A program made the position numbers and the translations under genes. The notes under the pieces are model-generated. The model was given only the letters and a program-made list of their open reading frames with translations, had not been told where the DNA came from and ran no database searches. A DNA stretch of 30,647 nt from Bdellovibrionales bacterium. GTDB taxonomy: Bacteria > Bdellovibrionota > Bdellovibrionia > Bdellovibrionales > UBA1609. The first letter of the stretch is position 1, and every line of letters starts with the position of its first letter. This document shows positions 1 through 8,487 of this stretch, in pieces. Where the stretch lies: NCBI GenBank assembly GCA_050246815.1, contig JBFWVI010000038.1, forward strand, positions 1-30,647. The letters run 5' to 3'.

Positions 1-292
1 GTACCAACACGGCGGTGCGAGGTGACTCATGGGGGCAGACCAGATGATTGACGTTCAAAGCCAATATCTGTTGGCGCTGCTGACGCCATTGCCCGCGATC
101 GCGTTTATTGACCTCAATCACATGATCCGCCACTCCGGCAGTACGAATGATATCGCCCAAACCGTGACGACAAACCACTGTTAGCTCTTCTTCAGGGAAA
201 ATGGTGGTCATTTGGCGCATCAAGGGGATGCTAAGGATGAGGTCTCCAAGAAAGGCGGTTTGGATGATGACATTTTGCTGGCTAGAATCCAC
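1..292 (-). CDS. GT9 family LPS heptosyltransferase (WaaF-like), N-terminal 97 codons, runs off the window
   Basis: Not in the ORF track; translated by hand from GTG at 292: (M)DSSQQNVIIQTAFLGDLILSIPLMRQM...CPHESPRTAVLV. QTAFLGD is the typical GT9 N-terminal motif. AAGGT lies upstream and the frame is open to the window edge. Confidence 0.85.
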   Translation of the reverse strand, partial: MDSSQQNVIIQTAFLGDLILSIPLMRQMTTIFPEEELTVVCRHGLGDIIRTAGVADHVIEVNKRDRGQWRQQRQQILALNVNHLVCPHESPRTAVLV

Positions 293-1389
293 GTTTGACC
301 TTGCCGAAGGGCTTCAAGCACCTTTTCTACGGGCACCTGATCGTAACACATCACGGCGTTAGAGCAAGATCTCTTCCAGCAGGGGCTACAGTGCACTTGG
401 GCTTGCAAATGCACGCCTCGCTCGTACAAATCAATTTCGTGCGCACAAGTGGGGCCAAACCAAGCCACCGTCCATTTTTTCAGGGCGATGGCCATATGCA
501 TGCCCAAAGAGTCGCCGCTGACCACCATGTCACAGGCGGCCACGCTGACCAAACCATCGCGCGGCCCCGCCGTTGTGGGCGATTGAATCACTTTTGCACC
601 TGCAGCCATTTGTTGATTGCGGATTTCGTCTTCGGGTCCGCCAAGCAGAACCACACTGGCTTGAAATTGATTTTGAATTTCACGAATCAAACGTTGATGG
701 TATTCAACGGTCCAACGTTTATAAGGGATCACGCCGGAACATCCGGTATTCAAACCAATGATCAGCTCATTGCGACCCAGCCATTTTTTACGACGCTCTT
801 CGACCTGGGCTTTTTCTGCAGGGCTCAATTCGACTTGATACTCATCGCGGCGGAAATCACCCAGCGCCAGCGCTTCCACCATCAGCTGGGTTTCTGGTTT
901 ACGATTGATGTGAAATTTCAAGTTGTCGTCTAACCCCAAGCGCCAAAGCCCTTCCGCCTCGGGGTTGGCCGGCCTGATTGCGGCATTCCAACCATCGACG
1001 ATAAAACCACGCACCTCTTTGGCTTTGGTCAAAGCCAGCACGCCCGCTGCTTTTAAAGATTTATCGATCACAAACGCCAAATCAAACTTCAATGCACCCA
1101 GAACCAATTGATCATCTGATTTTGTGGTCAAAACACGATCGATCAAAGAGCTTGGTTTTAAAAGTTGTTCGGCCGGGGCCTGCGTGACCCAAGTAATGTG
1201 GGACTTTGGATATTTGCGTTTAATCGCAGGCAAAATCGAAGTGGCTCTTAAAACAGCACCCAAAGCTTCCAGATGAATGATCAAGATACGTGGAAATGCC
1301 ATTTGAAAATGTGCGCAGGTCGGCACACAGGCCGTATTAAGACCGCAGGGTTTGTACCCAGAAAAATGCCGACACCCAAACATGGCCAT
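220..1389 (-). CDS. GT9 family glycosyltransferase (ADP-heptose:LPS heptosyltransferase-like)
   Basis: Motifs ILIIHLEALGAVLR, KRW, DSLGMHMAIAL, WFGPT and C-terminal CSPC; sits in an LPS gene cluster. Confidence 0.88.
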   Translation of the reverse strand: MAMFGCRHFSGYKPCGLNTACVPTCAHFQMAFPRILIIHLEALGAVLRATSILPAIKRKYPKSHITWVTQAPAEQLLKPSSLIDRVLTTKSDDQLVLGALKFDLAFVIDKSLKAAGVLALTKAKEVRGFIVDGWNAAIRPANPEAEGLWRLGLDDNLKFHINRKPETQLMVEALALGDFRRDEYQVELSPAEKAQVEERRKKWLGRNELIIGLNTGCSGVIPYKRWTVEYHQRLIREIQNQFQASVVLLGGPEDEIRNQQMAAGAKVIQSPTTAGPRDGLVSVAACDMVVSGDSLGMHMAIALKKWTVAWFGPTCAHEIDLYERGVHLQAQVHCSPCWKRSCSNAVMCYDQVPVEKVLEALRQGQTWILASKMSSSKPPFLETSSLASP

Positions 1390-1549
1390 GCATCTATTTT
1401 AACGCGAGTTGCAGCCATGAAGATCAGGAACATGTCTGATCAAAGAAGTTCCGGACTAGGGACTGGTGTGAGCGGACCAAGGGCCAGTCATGACTCGATC
1501 AAAACTACGCGTGGGACCTGGTTCGTAGCTGATGCCATTTTTATACGAG

Positions 1550-2638
1550 CTATTGACCTCGCTCGATAGCTTTGAGCTTACCCACAATGGTGCCGATTTT
1601 AATTTTGGATTCAATGCGAACCACAAACTTACGATCATCATCCGTCAACCAAATCAAGATGTCGCCGACCGGCTTAAATACTCCATCTACGGTGATTTGA
1701 GGTTTCACAACCACAGTGTTAAGATCTCCAACCTCCGTACTCAACTCTTCACGGCGCAACACTTCGGCAGAAAATACGATATTTTTACCCTCGTCAGCGA
1801 CACGAAAGGCCAGCTTCTTACCCGGCGTTAACGCAAAAGTGCGCAAATAATAAATCGCGCTGATCACGTTTTGTGAATAGGCCTTGATGTCCCATTCAAT
1901 ATTTTTATTGCGCTCACCCTTGTCCTTCGAAACACGCTTTTCCCAGTAATTCCCTTTGAGTTTCTTCCAATCAAAAAAACTACGAATGTCAGCGAGTTGC
2001 TTGGATTCGCGAACAGAAATTTCAAAATTAAACGGCAACAATGTATTGTAGTTCAAATAAGTCGTGGCCTTGTCTTCAACCGAATAAAAGCGCGAAAAAA
2101 TTGAATTGGATTTAGCCGACAGTTGAAATGCATAGGCACGCTCGCCGTTGACTTCCACAAAGGGCAAAACCGCCAAGTCCAAATAGCCAGCAACCATATT
2201 GAAATAGGATAACGCCAAGGTAACCTTTTCGCCCGGACGAAAAGGATCCACAATCGGCCGACGACCGACGAAACCCTCTCCGTCTTCGATCTCGGGCAGA
2301 TGTTTTTCTGGCGGTTTCATACGCCCCTCTTTTGTTTTTTTGACTTTGACGGCCTCGCTCACAACCCCAGCCCGCACCGCGCTTTTACTTTTGGCGCTCT
2401 CTGCTTTGACCCCAGAAGACCCCACGTTCGCCGTGGTCGCCTCAACAACCACTGGCACGGGCGGCTCGAGCTCTTTGATTTTTAACTTTTTGTCGTATTC
2501 GGCATTGGTCAAAAGTTCTTTGCTTTTTTCATACTCCATAATGCGTGAAGCGCAACCCAATGCCGCACCAACCGCAGCGATAACAATCAGACCTCTGGCC
2601 ATTTTATGGGTCCAAGGGCGGTTCACGTTCAGCTCCAT
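1550..2638 (-). CDS. DUF3108-like lipoprotein
   Basis: Lipobox-like ALGC after a hydrophobic stretch (start may be the second Met, MARGLIV, at 2602). GEK-type N-terminal segment and IWLTDDDRK-x-VVRIESKIKIG C-terminus resemble DUF3108 proteins. Confidence 0.7.
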   Translation of the reverse strand: MELNVNRPWTHKMARGLIVIAAVGAALGCASRIMEYEKSKELLTNAEYDKKLKIKELEPPVPVVVEATTANVGSSGVKAESAKSKSAVRAGVVSEAVKVKKTKEGRMKPPEKHLPEIEDGEGFVGRRPIVDPFRPGEKVTLALSYFNMVAGYLDLAVLPFVEVNGERAYAFQLSAKSNSIFSRFYSVEDKATTYLNYNTLLPFNFEISVRESKQLADIRSFFDWKKLKGNYWEKRVSKDKGERNKNIEWDIKAYSQNVISAIYYLRTFALTPGKKLAFRVADEGKNIVFSAEVLRREELSTEVGDLNTVVVKPQITVDGVFKPVGDILIWLTDDDRKFVVRIESKIKIGTIVGKLKAIERGQ

Positions 2639-2641
2639 CCG

Positions 2642-3529
2642 CTAGTACTTAAACTTCTTCCAGCGCTTGTGCAGCCACATCCATTGCTCTGGACACATCC
2701 TAACATATTGTTCCAAATGATCCGTATAAACTTGTGTCATTCGAGCCAGACTTTCATCATGATCGGGGCCTTCCACATATTCAATGGCCGGCTCGCAGAA
2801 CACATCCGTACGCCCATCCTCACGGCGCAAAGTGTAGGCCGGAACCACCGCCGCACCTGAGCGGTGAGCCATGACCGCCAATCCCAATGCCGTGCCAGTC
2901 TCTCTCCCAAAAAACATGGTCTTGACCCCAATCGGAGGCCCCGTGAACTGATCCAGAACAAAAATCACAATCTCGTTTTTTTTCAGTGCTTTTAAAATTC
3001 CATAGGAACTGTTGCGTGGTGGGATAAATTTCATGCCCACCTTTTCGCGCATTCCAAACCACGCATCATTCAGCCACTCAGTCTTAAAAGTTTTCGAAAT
3101 CAGGTGCATAGGCCAACCCAACAAAGCCAAGCCAGCACTGGCCAAATCACCATTACCCAAATGCAAGGTCAAAAGCAAAACTCCTTTACCCTGCAGCCGT
3201 GCCTTTTCAACGTGCTCGCGGCCATAAAAACGAAATTGATCGATATCTTCAGCCCCTAAAAACGGAAGGCGCGCGTACTCCACCACGTTGAAGCAAAAAT
3301 TGGCCATTGCTCGTCGCCCGATCTTGACTCTTTCCGAATAGGACATTTGTGGAAAGGCAATTCCCAAATTGTCGATGACCACCTGGCGACGAATGCGCAA
3401 TAGATCAAACCAGAAAATGCCCATCCCCCAAGCCAAGGCCTTTTGCATTTTCCAAGGCATGGCTTGAATCAGCCAAGCCAACCCCCTAGCGGGTGACAGC
3501 AGCCAGCGCATGATCCAAGGCCTCCTCAT
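2642..3529 (-). CDS. lpxL: Lipid A late acyltransferase (LpxL/HtrB family)
   Basis: HLGNGD (HxGNWE-like), FVLDQ, FFG, PEQWMWLHKRWK motifs; directly downstream of lpxK. Start may be 3511. Confidence 0.85.
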   Translation of the reverse strand: MRRPWIMRWLLSPARGLAWLIQAMPWKMQKALAWGMGIFWFDLLRIRRQVVIDNLGIAFPQMSYSERVKIGRRAMANFCFNVVEYARLPFLGAEDIDQFRFYGREHVEKARLQGKGVLLLTLHLGNGDLASAGLALLGWPMHLISKTFKTEWLNDAWFGMREKVGMKFIPPRNSSYGILKALKKNEIVIFVLDQFTGPPIGVKTMFFGRETGTALGLAVMAHRSGAAVVPAYTLRREDGRTDVFCEPAIEYVEGPDHDESLARMTQVYTDHLEQYVRMCPEQWMWLHKRWKKFKY

Positions 3530-4520
3530 TTTTCACCCATTTGATCTGCAACCCTGCGACTGCGGTACGATTGAGCAAGGGCGAATTAAGCGAGCGCCAT
3601 TTGACGGCATCTTTTTCGGTGATCACCACGCCCTGACCGGGCTTAAGAGATTTTTCGATCAAAGCCAAATCCTCAACGCTATAATCATGATGATCCGCAA
3701 ACCAAGATTCACCATGGACACTCAACTTAAGTTCTTCGCGTAAAAGTTTAGCAAAAGTTTCGGGCCTGGCGATCCCTGCGCAGGCCCTCCAGCTGTTTAC
3801 CCTCTCAAATTCGCCTGAGCCTGGCGTGAGTGGCTCGATTTTTTTTGCCTGATAAGCCGCCTCGATTAAAATTTGGCTGGATCGCAATTCTTGGCCAAAC
3901 CACTCCCGCCATTTGTTCAAATGGGCGACTGGGGCCAGATTCACCTTATTCAAAACGACAACTTGCGCACGTTTGAGACCCTGGCGGTCTTCACGCCCCA
4001 GCCCCCAAGGTAAAGGCCTTAAGCTTTCAAGCGATTGGCAAGCATCTAGCACCACAACATCCAACTGACGTCGCAAGGAGCGATGCTGAAAAGCATCGTC
4101 CGCCACGATCACATCCACCTTTTCATGGCGCAAAACAAGCTTGGCCACATCCACCCGTTTTGCGCCAACATAAACAGGCACATCACCATAATGGCTTTTG
4201 ATCAAAACAGGCTCATCACCAAAACGAGACACCGCATCGCTCGCCCTTAAATCCACCGCCGACACCACGCACCCACGACGTCCATAACCACGACTGATCA
4301 CCGCGGGTCGAAGACCTTGGGCTTTTAATTTTTGCAACAGCGCCATAGTCACCGGGGTTTTACCTGCCCCACCGACGGTCAAATTGCCCACGCTGATCAC
4401 AGGTCGATCCACTGCATGAGATTCAAAATAACCCTGATCATACAAAAGATTTCGGCAAGCCATCACTTTGCCGTAAAACAATCCGAAAGGCTTAAGCCAA
4501 GGACGCGAGTCCTTCAACAT
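3486..4520 (-). CDS. lpxK: Tetraacyldisaccharide 4'-kinase
   Basis: SVGNLTVGGAGKTP P-loop, SRGYG, GDEP, DDAFQH, FADHH, TEKDAVK. Confidence 0.96.
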   Translation of the reverse strand: MLKDSRPWLKPFGLFYGKVMACRNLLYDQGYFESHAVDRPVISVGNLTVGGAGKTPVTMALLQKLKAQGLRPAVISRGYGRRGCVVSAVDLRASDAVSRFGDEPVLIKSHYGDVPVYVGAKRVDVAKLVLRHEKVDVIVADDAFQHRSLRRQLDVVVLDACQSLESLRPLPWGLGREDRQGLKRAQVVVLNKVNLAPVAHLNKWREWFGQELRSSQILIEAAYQAKKIEPLTPGSGEFERVNSWRACAGIARPETFAKLLREELKLSVHGESWFADHHDYSVEDLALIEKSLKPGQGVVITEKDAVKWRSLNSPLLNRTAVAGLQIKWVKNEEALDHALAAVTR

Positions 4521-5674
4521 AACGCCTCCACGGCATCTGCCACTCGCTGTGTGGCGCCACGTTCACCTAAACGCTGCTTGGCTTGATGGAGCCTATTTGC
4601 CATTTGCTGACGCAAGCTGGAGTCTTGCAAAAGGGGCCTCAATGCCGAGGCCAAGCCGTTAGAATCCGCCTGCTCTTGAAAAAGCTCCGGCACCACTCGT
4701 TCATTTAGAACCAAATTAATTAAACCAAAATGTGCGGTCGAACGCACGAAGCGTTTTGCAATCCAGGCCGTCACTGCATTCATTCGGTACATAACCACCA
4801 TCGGTTTATCCATCAGACCCACCATCAGCGTGGCCGTGCCCGAAGCGCAAAGCACCACATCGGCCAAGTTGATCATTTTAAACGGCTCATCTTTGATCAA
4901 CATCAATGGCACATCGGTCGGTGGCAACAGCGCCTTGATTTCATCCACAGAAAAAGTTGGTGCCACCAGCAACAAGGTCTTTAAGCCAGGCAACGTTTGC
5001 CGAAGCTTGCCCGCCGCTTCGATCTGCACCTGCAAATGGTGTTTCAATTCGGACTTCCTAGATCCCGGCATTAAAGCCAAAACCGTGTCGTTGTCGGTGA
5101 TTCCATAACGTCCACGCTCAAGACGCTTGGCCTCAGCGCTAAAAAGCTCGGGCGCCAGTTCATCGAGCAGCGGATGCCCCACAAATTGCACCGGCACCCC
5201 AAAGCGTTTGTAAAAATCCACTTCAAAGGGAAACAGCACCAACATTTGGTCGACCACCCGCTTGATCAAGTGCACTCGCGACTGGCGCCAAGCCCACACT
5301 TGAGGCGAAATGTAATAAACCACCTTAATGCCCATTTTTTTAAGCTTCTTGGCCAAACGCAAATTAAAATCAGGATAATCCAGCAGCAAGGCCACCTTAG
5401 GCCTGCGCTTTTCAGCTTGCGCCAAAAGCCCGTGAAAGGCGCCCTTAATCACGCTCCAATGGGCGATCACCTCTTGCAGACCCACCACTGCCAATTCCTC
5501 TGAACGCCCGATGATCTCAAAACCCAAAGTTTCCATCTGTCGTGAGCCGATACCGAAGGCTTTCACCGGCACGCCTTTTGCCCGCCAATGCTCAAGCAAG
5601 CGTTGCGCGTACAGTGTCGACGAAGCTTCCGCCGCGACGATTAAAATTTCAACGGAGTCGTTGGTGGATGTCAT
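4514..5674 (-). CDS. lpxB: Lipid-A-disaccharide synthase
   Basis: DYPDFN, YYISPQVWAWR, LFPFE, VGHPL, PGSRKSE, SGTATL, VPELFQ. Start moved to the ATG at 5674 (MTSTND), because the track's extension overlaps the upstream gene. Confidence 0.96.
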   Translation of the reverse strand: MTSTNDSVEILIVAAEASSTLYAQRLLEHWRAKGVPVKAFGIGSRQMETLGFEIIGRSEELAVVGLQEVIAHWSVIKGAFHGLLAQAEKRRPKVALLLDYPDFNLRLAKKLKKMGIKVVYYISPQVWAWRQSRVHLIKRVVDQMLVLFPFEVDFYKRFGVPVQFVGHPLLDELAPELFSAEAKRLERGRYGITDNDTVLALMPGSRKSELKHHLQVQIEAAGKLRQTLPGLKTLLLVAPTFSVDEIKALLPPTDVPLMLIKDEPFKMINLADVVLCASGTATLMVGLMDKPMVVMYRMNAVTAWIAKRFVRSTAHFGLINLVLNERVVPELFQEQADSNGLASALRPLLQDSSLRQQMANRLHQAKQRLGERGATQRVADAVEALC

Positions 5675-6596
5675 CAAGGATTTGCTCCGCCAAACGGAGC
5701 GCCAACAGGCCATCGCGGCCCGAAACCACCACGGGATGGCGCCCTTCGACCGCATTGATGAAACTTTCTGTTTCGATCAGCAGCGCGTCGCTTTTCTCAA
5801 GGTTCCAAGCCTCAGCATCAAGAGGAATTTCACCGTCTTTCCATTCACCGGTCTTGGTCAACAGGTTCACTTCACTAGATTGAAAATCGATCGACAAGTA
5901 TTGATCCGCCTGGAAAACTCTAAATTTTCGCTGTGAGTTCTGTGACACCCGCGATGCCGTGATGTTGGCCACAGCACCAGAAGCAAACTCCACTCTGGCA
6001 TTGGCAATGTCGACTTTTTTGGTGATCACGGGTGTGCCGACCGCTGAAACTTTGACCGGCTCGCTTTTCACCAGCGACATAATCACATCCAGATCATGAA
6101 TCATCACATCCAAAACCACATCAACGTCCAGACTGCGGGGCTTAAACGGCGCCAAACGATGGCATTCGATGAACAATGGTTTCTTCAATTTTTCACGCGC
6201 TGAAACTAGCGCCGGATTAAAGCGCTCGATGTGTCCCACTTGCAAAACGATTTTTTTCTCTTCGGCGATACGACACAGCTCTTCGCCTTCGCGACTGGTG
6301 CTGGTCAAAGGTTTTTCCATATGAACATGGATACCATTGGACAAAAAAAGTTTGCCCAATTCATAGTGCGCCGGTGTATTGGCCGCAATGGTCACCGCCT
6401 GCACTCGGCCGATTAAATCCGCCGGGTCGCGCACGAAATCCACCCCTAGCTCTTTGGCCAAAGTCTGGCCATGTTCAACGCGCTGATCGCTGATTGCCAC
6501 CAGCTCAGCACGGTCTTTGAGCGCCAAGTACTTTTGCGCGTGCCATTTGCCCAAGTGACCGACACCGACCACCGCTGTTTTTAAACGTGAACCCAT
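5649..6596 (-). CDS. Gfo/Idh/MocA oxidoreductase, probable UDP-GlcNAc 3-dehydrogenase (GnnA-like)
   Basis: GVGHLG Rossmann motif, EKP, VGHIERFNP, DVMIHDLD, TASRVS; lies between lpxA and lpxB like gnnA. Start moved to the ATG at 6596, just after the lpxA stop. Confidence 0.85.
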   Translation of the reverse strand: MGSRLKTAVVGVGHLGKWHAQKYLALKDRAELVAISDQRVEHGQTLAKELGVDFVRDPADLIGRVQAVTIAANTPAHYELGKLFLSNGIHVHMEKPLTSTSREGEELCRIAEEKKIVLQVGHIERFNPALVSAREKLKKPLFIECHRLAPFKPRSLDVDVVLDVMIHDLDVIMSLVKSEPVKVSAVGTPVITKKVDIANARVEFASGAVANITASRVSQNSQRKFRVFQADQYLSIDFQSSEVNLLTKTGEWKDGEIPLDAEAWNLEKSDALLIETESFINAVEGRHPVVVSGRDGLLALRLAEQILDDIHQRLR

Positions 6597-6598
6597 AG

Positions 6599-7387
6599 CT
6601 ACCTGGCGATGCCGCGCTCGGAGCGGCGGACAAAATTGACCAAATGTTCGATGTTTTGACTGGGCTGGCATTCTTTTGCGATTAAATCCAAGGCCTCTTC
6701 GATGGTGCGGTTACCCATCAGCAAGGCACGAATGCCACGGTGCACATTGTCCACTTCTTCTTTGCTAAAACCCGCGCGCTCAAGGCCGATTTTATTGGTT
6801 GCTCGCGAAACCGCATATTCCCCCAAACCCTGTACCATGGTGAATGGAAGCACGTCTTTATTCACCGCACTTTCACCCGCTATGTAGGCAAAACGTCCTA
6901 AGGTGATAAATTGATTGAACGAGCAAGACCCGCCGATACGCACATAGTCCTCTACCGTCACATGACCGGCGAAATTGGTGGTGTTGGCGATCACCACGTT
7001 GTTACCCACCATACAATCATGGGCAATGTGCACATAAGACATGAACAAGCCGCTGTTGCCGATCTTGGTCAAACCGCCGCCCTTAGGGGTGCCGGTGTTG
7101 ATGGTGACAAATTCGCGAATGGTATTGCGATCACCGATTTCAAGACGTGTGGCTTCGCCTTTGTATGAAAGATCTTGCGGAGGTCCACCCACCATGGCGC
7201 TGGGTAAAATATGATTATTTTTGCCGATAACGGTGATGCCGTGGTCATTGCCAATCACGGCGTGTGATTCGATTTTTGTGCCTGAACCGATTGTGGTTTG
7301 CCCTTTAACAACGGCAAACGGACCGATCTCGGCATCGGCTGCAATTTCAGCTTTAGGCGAAATTATCGCCGTCGGATGTATGGCCAC
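6599..7387 (-). CDS. lpxA: Acyl-ACP--UDP-N-acetylglucosamine acyltransferase
   Basis: IHPTAII start, hexapeptide repeats, PQDLSY, IREFVTIN, HIAHDC, N-x-IGLERAGF; AAGGAGG RBS before GTG. Confidence 0.97.
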   Translation of the reverse strand: MAIHPTAIISPKAEIAADAEIGPFAVVKGQTTIGSGTKIESHAVIGNDHGITVIGKNNHILPSAMVGGPPQDLSYKGEATRLEIGDRNTIREFVTINTGTPKGGGLTKIGNSGLFMSYVHIAHDCMVGNNVVIANTTNFAGHVTVEDYVRIGGSCSFNQFITLGRFAYIAGESAVNKDVLPFTMVQGLGEYAVSRATNKIGLERAGFSKEEVDNVHRGIRALLMGNRTIEEALDLIAKECQPSQNIEHLVNFVRRSERGIAR

Positions 7388-7398
7388 GTGAGGCCTCC

Positions 7399-7878
7399 TT
7401 AATGACCCTTGGACTTGAAGATGATCGAAGCCAGAATTTCAGCTTCGGCCACCGGCTGGCCGTCAACTTTGGCCTCACAGTGCAAGACAATCATTTGTCC
7501 GCGGTCTTTGATAATTTCAGCGGTCATCACCAGGGTGTCCCCGGGAATGACGGGCCGGCGAAAACGGGCATCGCGCACAGAGGCGATGGCCACTTCGATT
7601 TTGCTGTTGGCGTCGGAAGGTTTATAAAATGCCATACAGCCCGCTTGTGCCAGGGCTTCAAGAATCAAAACCCCAGGCATAATCGGCCGCCCCGGAAAGT
7701 GGCCGACAAAAAACTGTTCGTTCATGGTGACGTTCTTGATCACCGTGGCCTTGCGTCCCAAACGCGCTTCAGGGTCAGGGCCTGGCACCACATCAAGAAC
7801 ACGATCGATCATTAAAAAAGGGAACCGATGAGGTAAGACCGCCATGATTTCGGCAGGATTCATCTTTGTTTCCATCAT
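7399..7878 (-). CDS. fabZ: 3-hydroxyacyl-ACP dehydratase
   Basis: LPHRFPFLMIDR, GHFPGRPIMPGVLILEALAQ, FRRPVIPGD. Confidence 0.97.
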   Translation of the reverse strand: MMETKMNPAEIMAVLPHRFPFLMIDRVLDVVPGPDPEARLGRKATVIKNVTMNEQFFVGHFPGRPIMPGVLILEALAQAGCMAFYKPSDANSKIEVAIASVRDARFRRPVIPGDTLVMTAEIIKDRGQMIVLHCEAKVDGQPVAEAEILASIIFKSKGH

Positions 7879-7896
7879 CGACTCCGTTTCGAGAAA

Positions 7897-8415
7897 TTAC
7901 TTCTTTTTGGCTTTTTCGAACTCCGCAATCATGCGTGCGGTCAGATCGATATCTTTTTTCGCCCACATCACGCTCTGTTCCGAGCGCTCCAAAATTACGG
8001 TGTAACCATCTTTTTCCGCGATATCGGCCATAATTTTGCGCAGGCCCTCAATAATCGGTTTGGTGAGCTCTTGTTCGCGCTTTTGAATATCCATTTGGCT
8101 TTTGCCAACCAACTCACGGTATTTGAGCATTTCAGCCTGCATGTCTTGTTGTTTCTTGGCACGCACTTCATCCGACAAAACCATGGCCTTCTTTTCCAGG
8201 TCTTCGTTCATTTTTTTTAGGTCGGCTTCTTTCTTTTCAATCTCTTTTTTCTTCTTGTTGTAATCGGCTTCAAGATCTTTTTTGGCCTTTTTTCCAGCGC
8301 TGGTTTCTTGAATGGCCTTTTGCATATCCACATAACCGATTTTGGTTTCGGCGCTGGCCAATCCCGCGGTCATCAGGGTGGCAATCACGGCCATAATCTT
8401 AAGCTGCTTTGTCAT
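7897..8415 (-). CDS. skp: Periplasmic chaperone Skp/OmpH
   Basis: Signal peptide (ASA-E), KIGYVD, long coiled coil, DIDLT; AAGGAG RBS before ATG 8415; directly downstream of bamA. Confidence 0.93.
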   Translation of the reverse strand: MTKQLKIMAVIATLMTAGLASAETKIGYVDMQKAIQETSAGKKAKKDLEADYNKKKKEIEKKEADLKKMNEDLEKKAMVLSDEVRAKKQQDMQAEMLKYRELVGKSQMDIQKREQELTKPIIEGLRKIMADIAEKDGYTVILERSEQSVMWAKKDIDLTARMIAEFEKAKKK

Positions 8416-8487
8416 TGTTCTGCTCCTTAGCTGTTTAGCTTTCAAATTCAAATCCAAACCCATCAAATAAACGACCGCTCATTTTCC

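Noticed and set aside
1390..1549. Three short inverted repeats (GATCAG/CTGATC, GACTGG/CCAGTC, CTACG/CGTAG) in a 160-bp gap
   Set aside because: Stems are only 5-6 bp with no U-tract or recognisable riboswitch or sRNA motif; not distinguishable from chance.
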